Below the pieces are notes generated by a model. That model saw only the letters and a program-made list of their open reading frames with translations, had not been told where the DNA came from and did no database searches. From positions 107,981 to 171,980 of the forward strand of contig JAFWMS010000033.1 of NCBI GenBank assembly GCA_017545535.1: DNA of 64,000 nucleotides. Reading direction: 5' to 3'. This document shows, piece after piece, positions 28,699 through 37,352 of the stretch (positions are counted from its first letter, which is position 1; every line of letters begins with the position of its first letter). The position numbers were made by a program, and so were the translations under genes. This DNA comes from Clostridia bacterium. Its GTDB lineage: Bacteria; Bacillota; Clostridia; Christensenellales; CAG-138.

Positions 28699-29619
28699 TT
28701 AGTCCACGTCTCGCACAGGGCCCTGGACCGACTCGTCCAGCACCGAGGGATTTTTCAGATATCCACGCATGAGCTTGAAGGCGGAGGCGTAATAGAAGCC
28801 GTCGCAGATGCGCTCGTCGGTCACGGCGGTGATATCGATATACTTTTTCTCGGACACGGTGCCGTCCGGGTTCACCTCGTTCCGCCGATATTTGGACCCA
28901 AAGGCCAAAAACACAGGGATGTTGCCGAAGTCGTACAGGTGATGGTAGATGGGCGGGATGCCCAGCGAGCCCATGGAGGTGATGAAGAAGGAGGCGTGGA
29001 AGGGGCTGGCCATGGTCAGCTTTCGGGGCAGAAGATCGAAATAGTCGAGAAGCTTCAACAACCATACGGCAAACTTCAACAGCACGCCGGGGATGAAGGA
29101 GAAGAGCTTAGCTACGTTGTCGAAGTTATTGTTCAGCTCCGCCGTGGCCTTGTTCGCCTCGATGAGGGCGTTGATCTTGCGGTAGATCTCCGCCGCTGTA
29201 TCGTGGGCATCCAAAATGGGCTTGATGCAGGTGTCGGGGGATTCGGGAGACATCTCTTTCTTCACCACCAGGGACATCTCGATATACTCGTCCCGGGCGT
29301 AGATCTTCTGCCCTGCGATGAACCGGTTGATGGCAGGCCGCTGGGAAAGTGCCCGCACATAGGCAGCGATGATCACGTGCATGATGCCGAAGTTCGACAG
29401 GCCTTCCTTCCTCTTTTGACGGATATACTTCTCGATCTCCGTGATCTCCACCGTGTCTCGGAAGAAGTTGCTGGAGGTGTTTCGCGTCACCATTATATAG
29501 GGCGAGACCATGGACATGGCGGTCAAACTCCGCACCCGGCGGCCGTCCTTACGATCGCCCCACTTTTTTCTGAACTCCTTGACTTCCATTTCGCCACGCC
29601 TTTCCATACCTTTTTTCAA
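28699..29619 (-). CDS. 2-oxoacid dehydrogenase acyltransferase (E2 catalytic domain / CAT-fold) family protein, atypical active site
   Basis: Stand-alone ~300-aa protein with the C-terminal signature region ITAVTDERICDGFYYASAF, aligned to the DHRxxDG motif of E2 catalytic domains. No lipoyl or E3-binding domain. Start could instead be the internal MEVKEF. Confidence 0.6.
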   Translation of the reverse strand: MKKGMERRGEMEVKEFRKKWGDRKDGRRVRSLTAMSMVSPYIMVTRNTSSNFFRDTVEITEIEKYIRQKRKEGLSNFGIMHVIIAAYVRALSQRPAINRFIAGQKIYARDEYIEMSLVVKKEMSPESPDTCIKPILDAHDTAAEIYRKINALIEANKATAELNNNFDNVAKLFSFIPGVLLKFAVWLLKLLDYFDLLPRKLTMASPFHASFFITSMGSLGIPPIYHHLYDFGNIPVFLAFGSKYRRNEVNPDGTVSEKKYIDITAVTDERICDGFYYASAFKLMRGYLKNPSVLDESVQGPVRDVD

Positions 29620-29643
29620 TAGTATACCCAGTCAAAAGAGCGA

Positions 29644-29672
29644 TTGCAAGGAGGGATTTGTATCGCTATAAT
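29644..29672 (+). promoter_or_regulatory. Sigma-A type promoter of the U32 peptidase gene
   Basis: TTGCAA (29644-29649), 17-nt spacer, TATAAT (29667-29672), then GGGGAGG Shine-Dalgarno before ATG 29696. Confidence 0.5.
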
Positions 29673-29695
29673 ATAAACAAAGGGGAGGTCCTGCC

Positions 29696-31720
29696 ATGGA
29701 GATATTGGCTCCGGCCGGAAACGAACAAAGCCTGATCGCCGCCGTGCGCAGCGGCGCCGACGCGGTGTATTTGGGCACCGGCGCTTTCAACGCCCGGCGC
29801 AACGCGGACAACTTTAAGGACAACAGCCTTACGGAAGCGGTGAACTACTGCCACGGTCGGGGCGTGAAGGTCTACGTCACACTAAATACCCTTATCCGGG
29901 ACGAGGAATTGCCCGCCTTTTTGGACGCTGCCCGGGAGGTAGCCCAGGCAGGGCCCGACGGGGTCATCGTTCAGGATTTGGCCGTGGTCCGGGTGCTTAA
30001 AACCATCTGCCCCGAGCTGACTTTGGTAGGCTCCACCCAAATGTCCGTTCACAACGCCGCCGGGGTGAAGGCCCTGGAGAACATGGGCTTTTCCCGGGTG
30101 GTGCTGGCCCGGGAGCTGACCTTGGAGGAGATTCGGACCATCCGCGCCGAAACCAGGGCGGAGCTGGAGGCGTTCGTTCATGGGGCCCTGTGCATGAGCG
30201 TGTCCGGCATGTGCTATTATTCCGCCATGATGGGGGAACGGAGCGGCAATCGAGGTCTGTGCGCCCAGCCCTGTCGGTTGAACTCTTCCTGCAACGGGCG
30301 GCCCTATGCCCTGTCTCTGAAGGACATGAGCTTCATCCCGCATGTGCGGGAGCTGGAAGCGGCGGGGGTCTGCTCCGTGAAGATCGAGGGGCGCATGAAG
30401 CGGCCCGAGTATGTGGCCGCCGCCGTCACGGCCGTCCGGACCGCCTTGGAGGGAAGGGAGCCGGATATGGCCACTCTCCAGGCTGTCTTCTCCCGCAGCG
30501 GATTTACCGACGGGTATCTCACGGGGCGGCGGAACGTGCGCATGTTCGGCGTGCGGACCGTGGAGGATGCCGCCGCCTCCAAAACTGTCTTTGGGAAGCT
30601 GGCGGAACTGTATCGGCGGGAGTATCCCGGCGTGCCCGTGCGGATGACCCTGACCGCCACAGACAATACCCTTTCCCTTCGGGCGGAGGATGAAGCGGGT
30701 CGCGCAGCCACGGCCGCTATGCCGCTTCCGGCGGGGGACATGGCGCCTTTGACCGAAGAGATTGCCCGGCGGAATCTGAGCAAGACGGGGGGCACCCCGT
30801 TCACGTTGAAGGATTGTCGCATCCAGCTCCCGGAGGGCCTGCCCGTAGCCGGTTCCGTTTTGAACGGACTCAGGCGGGAGGCTTTGGAGAAACTGCTGGA
30901 ACAGCGCAGCCGGGGCAACGGCTACGCCCTGCTGTCCATGGAATCGCCCGAAATAGAGCCCTACGCCGCCGGGAAACAGGGCTTGCGGCTGCGCTTTGAG
31001 CGGGCGGAGCAGGTCTTTTTCGCCCCTGGCGTGGAGGCGATCCTGCTGCCCTTCGAACAGATCGAACGCCATCCAGAGCTGCTCCAGGGGGAGACGCCCA
31101 TTTGGGCGGAGCTGCCCCAGCTGGCCTGGCCCCTGGAGGAAAAGACGATCCTCGATCGGCTGATCGCCCTGCAGGAAAAAGGGTTGACCGACGGGGTGGC
31201 TGGGAACGTATGCGAATTGGTCATGGCGCAACAGGCCGGCCTCATCGTCCATGGCGGGCCCACCCTGAACGTGACCAACACCCTGTCGTTGAAAACCTAT
31301 GAGGATTTGGGCCTTGCGGACACCACGCTGTCCTTTGAGCTGCCCGTAAAGATGGGGGCGAAGTTGGGCGGCAAAAAGCCTCGGGGCATCCTCGTCTATG
31401 GACGGCTGCCCCTCATGCAGTTCAGGTCCTGCCCTGCCCGGGGGGAGAAGGGCTGCGGGAGCTGTGCCGGCCGGCCGGAACTGGTGGACCGGCGGGGCGT
31501 GATCTTCCCCATGATCTGCCACGACAGGCGGTATACGACCCTTCTCAACTCCGTGCCCCTGTATCTAGGGGACAAGTCTCTGCCGCCCTTCGATTTCGTC
31601 ACCCTCTATTTCACCACGGAGGATCGGGAAGCCTGCCGCCGGGTGTACGAGGGCTATCGGCGGGGCGAAGCACCCTGGTTCGATCGAACCAGCGGGCTCG
31701 CATTCCGCACCCTGTTATAA
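29696..31720 (+). CDS. Peptidase U32 family protein (collagenase-like; family now linked to RNA hydroxylation)
   Basis: 674 aa, MEILAPAGN...AVYLG...FNAR... N-terminus and E(L)xAxV..GALC core typical of U32 proteins. Confidence 0.85.
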   Translation: MEILAPAGNEQSLIAAVRSGADAVYLGTGAFNARRNADNFKDNSLTEAVNYCHGRGVKVYVTLNTLIRDEELPAFLDAAREVAQAGPDGVIVQDLAVVRVLKTICPELTLVGSTQMSVHNAAGVKALENMGFSRVVLARELTLEEIRTIRAETRAELEAFVHGALCMSVSGMCYYSAMMGERSGNRGLCAQPCRLNSSCNGRPYALSLKDMSFIPHVRELEAAGVCSVKIEGRMKRPEYVAAAVTAVRTALEGREPDMATLQAVFSRSGFTDGYLTGRRNVRMFGVRTVEDAAASKTVFGKLAELYRREYPGVPVRMTLTATDNTLSLRAEDEAGRAATAAMPLPAGDMAPLTEEIARRNLSKTGGTPFTLKDCRIQLPEGLPVAGSVLNGLRREALEKLLEQRSRGNGYALLSMESPEIEPYAAGKQGLRLRFERAEQVFFAPGVEAILLPFEQIERHPELLQGETPIWAELPQLAWPLEEKTILDRLIALQEKGLTDGVAGNVCELVMAQQAGLIVHGGPTLNVTNTLSLKTYEDLGLADTTLSFELPVKMGAKLGGKKPRGILVYGRLPLMQFRSCPARGEKGCGSCAGRPELVDRRGVIFPMICHDRRYTTLLNSVPLYLGDKSLPPFDFVTLYFTTEDREACRRVYEGYRRGEAPWFDRTSGLAFRTLL

Positions 31721-31736
31721 ATCCACATATTGTTCG

Positions 31737-31765
31737 GCGGTTCGCCTCGGCGGGCCGCTTTTTTT
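31737..31765 (+). terminator. Rho-independent terminator after the U32 gene
   Basis: GCGGTTCG / CGGGCCGC stem (two G-U pairs), 6-nt loop, then TTTTTTT. The T-run covers the TTG start proposed by the ORF track for spoIIIAA. Confidence 0.7.
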
Positions 31766-31808
31766 GTTGCCTATACATGGGCACCGTGGACAGGTCATAG
31801 AGTGGACC

Positions 31809-32711
31809 ATGGATGAAAACATGAATTGGAAACACAGCCTGTTGCCCCTGCTGACCGAGGACATGCGGCAGGCGCTGGCGCCCCTGGAGCTGTCAAAGGT
31901 CACGGAGATCCGGCTCCGGTTGGGCAGGCCCATGGAGCTGGTGACGCCCGCAGGGAGCCGGCTCCTGTACGCCCCCAACGGCAGGCCCATGCTTCGGGAC
32001 GGGGAGCAGGAGGAGCTTTTGTCCGCCTTCTGCGGCCATGCCCGCTACGCCTGGGAAAAGGAGATACGGCATGGATTCATCACCCTGCAAAATGGGTGCC
32101 GGGTGGGCATCGCCGGCCGGATCTCGGCCGAAACGAGAACGCCTGCGGTGGTGACCGGCTTCTGCATCCGTATCCTTCGCCCCGTGGTGGGCTGCGGGGA
32201 GAGGGTGCTGCCCAGCCTCCTTACAGAGGGGCGCATGCGCTCTACGCTCCTGTTTTCCGCTCCTGGCGCCGGGAAAACCACCCTGCTGCGGGATATCATC
32301 CGTCTTGTCTCTGACGGACGCTGCGGGGCGGCGCCTCATCGGGTGGGGGTGGTGGACGAGCGGTTCGAGATCGGCGGTCAAGGCAGCGCTGCCTTCGATC
32401 TGGGGGAGCGGACGGACGTGCTTTCCGGCGTGGCCAAGGGGGAGGGGCTGCTGCGGCTGCTGGCTACCATGAGTCCTCAGGTTTTGGCGGCGGACGAGCT
32501 GAACCTGTCCGCGGACGTGGCTTCGGTCCTGGAGGCGAAGAGCCGGGGGGTGACCGTCCTCTGCACGGCCCACGGCGGCACCTTTGAGGAGCTGCTCCGA
32601 CGGGAGGGGATGAAAAGACTGTTTCGAGCGCGGACCTTCCAGCGGTACGTGCGGCTGGTGGGGTGCGGTGCGGTGGACGAAATACGGGACGAGGAGGGGA
32701 CGGTCCTATGA
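31809..32711 (+). CDS. spoIIIAA: Stage III sporulation protein AA (AAA ATPase)
   Basis: Walker A SAPGAGKTTLLRD, N-terminal LP..M..AL...EIRLRLGRPMELV as in SpoIIIAA. First gene of an eight-gene spoIIIA array. Start ATG 31809 or 31821. Confidence 0.85.
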   Translation: MDENMNWKHSLLPLLTEDMRQALAPLELSKVTEIRLRLGRPMELVTPAGSRLLYAPNGRPMLRDGEQEELLSAFCGHARYAWEKEIRHGFITLQNGCRVGIAGRISAETRTPAVVTGFCIRILRPVVGCGERVLPSLLTEGRMRSTLLFSAPGAGKTTLLRDIIRLVSDGRCGAAPHRVGVVDERFEIGGQGSAAFDLGERTDVLSGVAKGEGLLRLLATMSPQVLAADELNLSADVASVLEAKSRGVTVLCTAHGGTFEELLRREGMKRLFRARTFQRYVRLVGCGAVDEIRDEEGTVL

Positions 32712-33157
32712 AGCTGGCGGCGGGGATCGTGCTGTTTCTCCTGTGCGGTTTGGCGGGGGAGCAAAAGAGCCGCCGTCTGGTCCGGAGGGCAAGGGCCCTT
32801 TCCAACCTGGGAGTCCTGATCCGGCAGATCAGCGATCGGCAGATCAGCGAACTGATCTGCTTTGCAAAAGCGGCGCAGGGCTGCCCCCCTTCGCAGGAGC
32901 GGGACTATCTGCTGTCTCTTGCCGGGGGACAGGCAGCGGGGATCATGCCCCTTACACCGGAGGAAGAAAAGCACCTTTTAGCCTATGCACGTCGGGACAG
33001 CCGATCCACGGCGGATTTGGAACGGGAACGGGACGGACTCCTTGCCCTGCTGAACAGAGCGGCGGAAGGGGCTCGGCAGGAGCTGCAGCAGAAGGGCCAG
33101 GTCTACCGATCCGTTGGGTATTTGACCGGGATGGCCGTTCTGCTGCTGGTCCTTTGA
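32708..33157 (+). CDS. spoIIIAB: Stage III sporulation protein AB
   Basis: 149 aa with N- and C-terminal TM segments. Position and size as SpoIIIAB. ATG 32708 overlaps the spoIIIAA stop. Confidence 0.8.
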   Translation: MKLAAGIVLFLLCGLAGEQKSRRLVRRARALSNLGVLIRQISDRQISELICFAKAAQGCPPSQERDYLLSLAGGQAAGIMPLTPEEEKHLLAYARRDSRSTADLERERDGLLALLNRAAEGARQELQQKGQVYRSVGYLTGMAVLLLVL

Positions 33158-33158
33158 T

Positions 33159-33356
33159 ATGCAGATCGATATCCTCATCAAGATCGCCGGACTGGGGCTG
33201 CTGGTGTCGGTGATCACCAATCTGCTCAAGCAGAGCGGCCGGGAGGAGCTTTCCGCTTTGGTCGTGGTGGTGGGGCTGGCCATCGGCACCTACCTGATGC
33301 TGGAGACGGTCTCCTCCCTGGTGGAGACCATCCGGCGGGTATTCTCCCTGTACTGA
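33159..33356 (+). CDS. spoIIIAC: Stage III sporulation protein AC
   Basis: 65 aa, MQIDILIKIAGLGLLVSVITNLLKQSGREE..., very close to the conserved SpoIIIAC pattern. Confidence 0.85.
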   Translation: MQIDILIKIAGLGLLVSVITNLLKQSGREELSALVVVVGLAIGTYLMLETVSSLVETIRRVFSLY

Positions 33357-33369
33357 AAGGAGGTCAGCC

Positions 33370-33768
33370 ATGGACATGGTGCAGGTGTTGGGGGTGGGCG
33401 TCGTAGGCACGCTCCTGGCCGTCACCCTCTCCAGGATCAACGGCACCCACGGTCTGCTGGTGGGGCTCGCCACGGGCTGCCTGCTCCTGGTCATGCTGCT
33501 GGGACAGACGGAGGAGCTGGGGGGCTTTCTCAGGGAGCTGGCGGGGGAAGGGAGCCTGTCCGCCGCCTATACGGGCCGGGCGATCCGGGTGCTGGGGCTC
33601 GCCTGCCTGACGGAAGCGGGGAGCCGAATCTGCCGGGACGGAGGCCAGGGAAACATCGCTCTCAAGGTGGAGCTGTGCGGCCGGGTCCTGATGCTGTGCG
33701 CCATGCTGCCCGCTCTGCGCGAGCTCCTTGAGGTGACGAGGACGGTGCTGGGGGAGCTGTCCGGATGA
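33370..33768 (+). CDS. spoIIIAD: Stage III sporulation protein AD
   Basis: 132 aa polytopic protein in the AC-AD-AE order. Conserved EL.G...K pattern. Confidence 0.85.
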   Translation: MDMVQVLGVGVVGTLLAVTLSRINGTHGLLVGLATGCLLLVMLLGQTEELGGFLRELAGEGSLSAAYTGRAIRVLGLACLTEAGSRICRDGGQGNIALKVELCGRVLMLCAMLPALRELLEVTRTVLGELSG

Positions 33769-34880
33769 GGGCACTGCTCCTTTGCTGTCTGCTGCTGTCG
33801 CCTGTGATCCCCGGGGCCGAGCCTACGGAGCCGCCGCAAACGGAGATCGAGGATCTTTTGAACGCCGTAGATCTGACCGGCTGGGACCAGTTCTTTTTCG
33901 GCTTGGAGGACACGGAGCCCTGGCAACAACCATCCCTGCTGATCAAACGCTTGGCGGAGGGGAAGACGTCCGGCGGAGCAGAGTTGCTCGGGTGGCTGAA
34001 GGATCAGGCGGTGAAGGGCCTGTCCGGGGCCCAGGCTCTGTTGCTGCTCGCCTTAGCGACGGGGGTGCTGTCCGCCCTCTACACCGTTCTTTTGGAAACG
34101 GGGGCGCTGCCCGCCCGGCGGGTGTTGGCCATAGGCCTTTCCGCGGCGGTGCTGCTGCGGCTGGTGCCCCTTATCCATCGGGGCATGGCATGCATGCAGG
34201 GCATCGCTGCCCTGGGGGAAAGGACCGTGCCGCTGATGACGGCATCGCTGCTTCTGCTGGGCAGTCCCCAGGGGGCTGCCGCCATGGGCACGGCAGGGGA
34301 GCTGCTGCTTTTCTCCTGCCTAAGGTGGATGGAGGATATCCTTTTGCCCCTGGTGATCTCAGCGGGGGTGCTGAAGACAGCGGATCTGATGGGGGACGGC
34401 GTTCTGTCCAGCGTGTCCCGCCTGCTCTTTTCCGTGGCCCGATGGGGCGTACGGGCCCTTTGTATCGGCTATATGCTGGTGGCCGCCCTGTTGGGCGGAG
34501 GCGCGTCGGCCATGGATACGCTGCTGCTGCGGACGGGCCGGGTGGCCGCCGGAAGCGTGCCCTTGGTGGGCTCCGTTCTGTCGGATTCCCTGGGGACGGC
34601 GGTGGCCTGCCTGGGGCTGGTCAAGAGGGCCCTGGGCTGGACGGGGATGCTGCTGGTCCTGTTCCAGGCGGCGGGGCCGGCGGTGACACTGCTTCTGTAC
34701 GGGTTCAGCTTGCGGGCATCGTCGTCCCTGCTCCAGCCTTTGGAGCAGCCGGAGATGGGGACCGTTCTTTCAGCTCTCGGCGAGATGCTCACCGAGTTGG
34801 GGGCGCTGGTTCTGGCCGCCGGGGCCATGCTTTGCGTGGCCGTGGGCGGCGTGGCGGGGTGTTTGGGAGGTGGCCAATGA
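33765..34880 (+). CDS. spoIIIAE: Stage III sporulation protein AE
   Basis: 371 aa, signal peptide then multiple TM helices. ATGA overlap with spoIIIAD. Confidence 0.85.
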   Translation: MRALLLCCLLLSPVIPGAEPTEPPQTEIEDLLNAVDLTGWDQFFFGLEDTEPWQQPSLLIKRLAEGKTSGGAELLGWLKDQAVKGLSGAQALLLLALATGVLSALYTVLLETGALPARRVLAIGLSAAVLLRLVPLIHRGMACMQGIAALGERTVPLMTASLLLLGSPQGAAAMGTAGELLLFSCLRWMEDILLPLVISAGVLKTADLMGDGVLSSVSRLLFSVARWGVRALCIGYMLVAALLGGGASAMDTLLLRTGRVAAGSVPLVGSVLSDSLGTAVACLGLVKRALGWTGMLLVLFQAAGPAVTLLLYGFSLRASSSLLQPLEQPEMGTVLSALGEMLTELGALVLAAGAMLCVAVGGVAGCLGGGQ

Positions 34881-35050
34881 AATCGACAGTGACGGCTTTG
34901 TGCCTGTGCGGCGCGTTTACGGGGCTGATACTGCAGCTGTTCCCCTCCGGAGAAGCGGGATCGGCGGGACGGCGGGCGGTGTCCGTCTGCTATCTGCTGG
35001 AAGTGGTGCGGCTGCTTATGGGAATGGGGAAGGGAGGTTTGACGGGGTGA
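34877..35050 (+). CDS. spoIIIAF: SpoIIIAF-like protein, only 57 aa (membrane segment only)
   Basis: ATGA-coupled to spoIIIAE and GTGA-coupled to spoIIIAG. MKSTVTALCLCGAFTGLILQLFPSGE...VCYLLEVVRLLMG resembles the N-terminal TM region of SpoIIIAF. No room for a C-terminal domain. Confidence 0.55.
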   Translation: MKSTVTALCLCGAFTGLILQLFPSGEAGSAGRRAVSVCYLLEVVRLLMGMGKGGLTG

Positions 35051-35601
35051 ACTGGCCATGTGGAAAGGAACTTTTGGAGAGATGGAAACGGAAGCGCGCC
35101 ATTCCTGTCGCCCTGTATGGCGCGCTTTTGCTGCTGGCCGTCCTTTTGTACGGCATCGGCGACGGCTGGTTCCAGGGGGCGTCCCGGGATGGGCCAGCTT
35201 CCTCCGGCGCGGAATCCTTGGAGACGCGGCTGGAGGGGATCTTGACCGAGATGCGCGGGGCGGGCCGGGTCCGGGTCCTCATCACCTACGAGACGGCGGG
35301 GGAACGGGTGGCCGCCACCGTCAGCACCCTGGATGAAAGCGTGTCCGAGTCCACCGGCGGCGCCTCGGCCACTCGGAGCGAGCAGTCCCGGCAGATGCAC
35401 CAGCCCGCCACCGTGACCACCGAAGGGGGCCAGAGCCCCATCATCTTAGTGGAACGGGAGCCCCAGATCCGGGGCGTCATCGTGGTGGCGGAGGGTGCGG
35501 CGGATCCAACCGTCCGCTTGAGCCTGCAGCGGGCGGTCCAGGCGGTGACCGGTGTGCCTCTTTCCAGCATTGAAGTGTTTGAAATGGACTATCTCACATA
35601 G
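35047..35601 (+). CDS. spoIIIAG: Stage III sporulation protein AG
   Basis: N-terminal TM (IPVALYGALLLLAVLLYGI) and conserved C-terminal ring domain (GAGRVRVLITYE...PQIRGVIVVAEGA...VQAVTGVPLSSIEVF). Start taken as GTG 35047, since there is no in-frame ATG before the TM. Confidence 0.8.
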   Translation: MNWPCGKELLERWKRKRAIPVALYGALLLLAVLLYGIGDGWFQGASRDGPASSGAESLETRLEGILTEMRGAGRVRVLITYETAGERVAATVSTLDESVSESTGGASATRSEQSRQMHQPATVTTEGGQSPIILVEREPQIRGVIVVAEGAADPTVRLSLQRAVQAVTGVPLSSIEVFEMDYLT

Positions 35602-35657
35602 GATGGACCATAGGATAGAAAGACCTAAAACGACACGATTCGATAAGGAGGAAGAAC

Positions 35658-36179
35658 ATGAGACTTACGACCCAAGATCTGAAGAAGCTGCTGAACCGGC
35701 GGACCATGACCCTCTTCGGGGTCTGTTTGCTGCTGCTTGCCGCCGTGGCGGCCAACATCATCATGAACCGAAACGAACAGAGGGCGGCGGAGGCACAGAC
35801 CGCCGCCGTCAGCGTGTCCGCCCCCGGCGGACGAGGGACCTTTTTCGACGCGTACCGCAGCGAACGGGACAGCGTCCGCACCCAGGAGCTGGCGTATCTC
35901 GACGCCATCGTGGCCCAAGGCGGGGATGAAAGCACCCTTTCCGACGCCCAAAAGCAGAAGATGACCCTGGTCAGCTGCATGGAATCGGAGCTGAACACGG
36001 AAAACCTCATCCGCGCCAAGGGCTTCGAGGAGGTGATCGTATCCATGCACAACGGGTCCGTGAACGTGATCGTGGACGCCGATGCTCTTACCGACGAGCA
36101 GGTGGCCCAAATACTGGATATCGTGCTGCGGGAGACGGGGGAAACGGCTGAAAATATCAAGGTATCCACCGCACAATAA
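35658..36179 (+). CDS. spoIIIAH: Stage III sporulation protein AH
   Basis: 173 aa, N-terminal TM, Q/A-rich linker, YscJ/FliF-like C-terminal domain. Last gene of the spoIIIA array. Confidence 0.75.
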   Translation: MRLTTQDLKKLLNRRTMTLFGVCLLLLAAVAANIIMNRNEQRAAEAQTAAVSVSAPGGRGTFFDAYRSERDSVRTQELAYLDAIVAQGGDESTLSDAQKQKMTLVSCMESELNTENLIRAKGFEEVIVSMHNGSVNVIVDADALTDEQVAQILDIVLRETGETAENIKVSTAQ

Positions 36180-36256
36180 CGGGTTGCCTTTTTCGACGGA
36201 AGTTGGTATACTAATACCGTATCAACGTGCCCAAAAACCACAAGGAGGTCAACACA

Positions 36257-36718
36257 ATGAGCGAAGTCGATACCAACATTGAAATCAACCAAGGCGGGAA
36301 GATCGTATTTGCCGAAGACGTGGTGGCGACCATTGCGTATTTGGCAGCCGGCGAGGTGGAGGGCGTCCATGCTTTGATCGGCTCCACCAGCTTCAGCGAA
36401 ATGCTTGGCAAAAAGAACTACACCAAGGGCGTGAAGGTCGAGGTCGGCTCGGAGGAGTGCGCCTGTGATATCACCATCGTGGTCAAATATGGCTATCGCA
36501 TCCAGGCGGTGGCCCAGAAGGTCCAGGAGGAGATCAAAAACGCCATCGAGACCATGACCGGCCTCCGGGTGGTCGAGGTCAACGTGAACGTGAACAGCAT
36601 CTACTTTGAGCCGGAGAAAAAGGAAGAACCCGCGCCTGCGCCTGCTCCCGCGCCGGCTCCCGTCGTGGAAGAGCCTGAGCCCGAGCCCGAGCCCGCGCCT
36701 GCGCCCCGCGTAAAGTAA
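36257..36718 (+). CDS. Asp23/Gls24 family envelope stress protein
   Basis: GKIVFAEDVVATIAYLAAGEVEGVHAL... is the Asp23 family core. C-terminal PAPAPAPAPAPVVEEPEPEPEPAPAP low-complexity tail. AAGGAGG before ATG 36257. Confidence 0.85.
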   Translation: MSEVDTNIEINQGGKIVFAEDVVATIAYLAAGEVEGVHALIGSTSFSEMLGKKNYTKGVKVEVGSEECACDITIVVKYGYRIQAVAQKVQEEIKNAIETMTGLRVVEVNVNVNSIYFEPEKKEEPAPAPAPAPAPVVEEPEPEPEPAPAPRVK

Positions 36719-36789
36719 ATCGAAACCCATGGATCGACCGGAGCCCGCCTGCGGCGCGGGCTCCTGCCGATTTGAGTAAGGAGCCTGCT

Positions 36790-37341
36790 ATGAAGCTGTT
36801 GGAACGGATATTGTTCTGGGTACTTTCCCTGCTCTGCGTCGCCTTGGGGGTGCTGCTTCTCATCCTGGTCCTGTTCCCATCGCTCACCTGGCTGCAGCTG
36901 CCGGCGGTCCGGATCGCCGTGGGCGTGTTGGCCCTGCTCAGCATCCTGTGCACGGTGGCGCTGCATCTTATGCGCGCCTCCGGCAAGAAGGAGGAGGCTG
37001 CTCTGGCCAGCGAAGGGGAAAACGGCAGCGCTTTCGTCTCCATGAAGGTACTCAGCGACATGACCAAGCGGATCGCCCAGGATCAGGAGGGGGTCCGTGC
37101 CTGCAGGAGCAAGGTGATGAACAACGGTGCCGGCGTGGACGTGGAGTTGGAGATGGCCCTTGATCCGGGCGTGGCCGTGGCGCCCATGGCGGCAAGGCTC
37201 CAGGAACAGCTGAAGAACAGAGTGTTTGAAATGACCGGCGTACATGTCGGCAAGGTGGGCATCCTGGTGGAGGCCGCTTCGGAGGCGAAGCCCCCCAAGC
37301 AGCCGGTAGTCGAGCAGCTGCCGCCTGGCCAGACCAAGTAA
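36790..37341 (+). CDS. Alkaline shock response membrane anchor protein AmaP-like
   Basis: Two N-terminal TM helices then a soluble domain. Conserved position directly after Asp23. Confidence 0.7.
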   Translation: MKLLERILFWVLSLLCVALGVLLLILVLFPSLTWLQLPAVRIAVGVLALLSILCTVALHLMRASGKKEEAALASEGENGSAFVSMKVLSDMTKRIAQDQEGVRACRSKVMNNGAGVDVELEMALDPGVAVAPMAARLQEQLKNRVFEMTGVHVGKVGILVEAASEAKPPKQPVVEQLPPGQTK

Positions 37342-37352
37342 AGGGACAAGCT

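Noticed and set aside
29882-31522. 546-aa minus-strand ORF opposite the U32 peptidase gene
   Set aside because: It is a shadow ORF antisense to a confidently identified gene, and no motif is recognisable.
31766-31808. Sigma-E type promoter for spoIIIA (ATACAT near 31774)
   Set aside because: There is only a partial match to the -10 CATACA-T consensus, and the expected -35 position falls within the upstream terminator. Support is insufficient.
33782-35050. 422-aa plus-strand ORF in an alternative frame over spoIIIAE
   Set aside because: The spoIIIAE frame encodes a coherent polytopic membrane protein. The alternative frame is Gly/Arg/Ala-rich nonsense except for its last 57 codons, which I kept as the short spoIIIAF-like gene.
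36625-36710. GC-rich short tandem repeat (possible repeat element)
   Set aside because: It is in frame within the Asp23 gene and encodes a PAPAP/EPEPEP low-complexity tail. It is neither a CRISPR array nor a mobile repeat.
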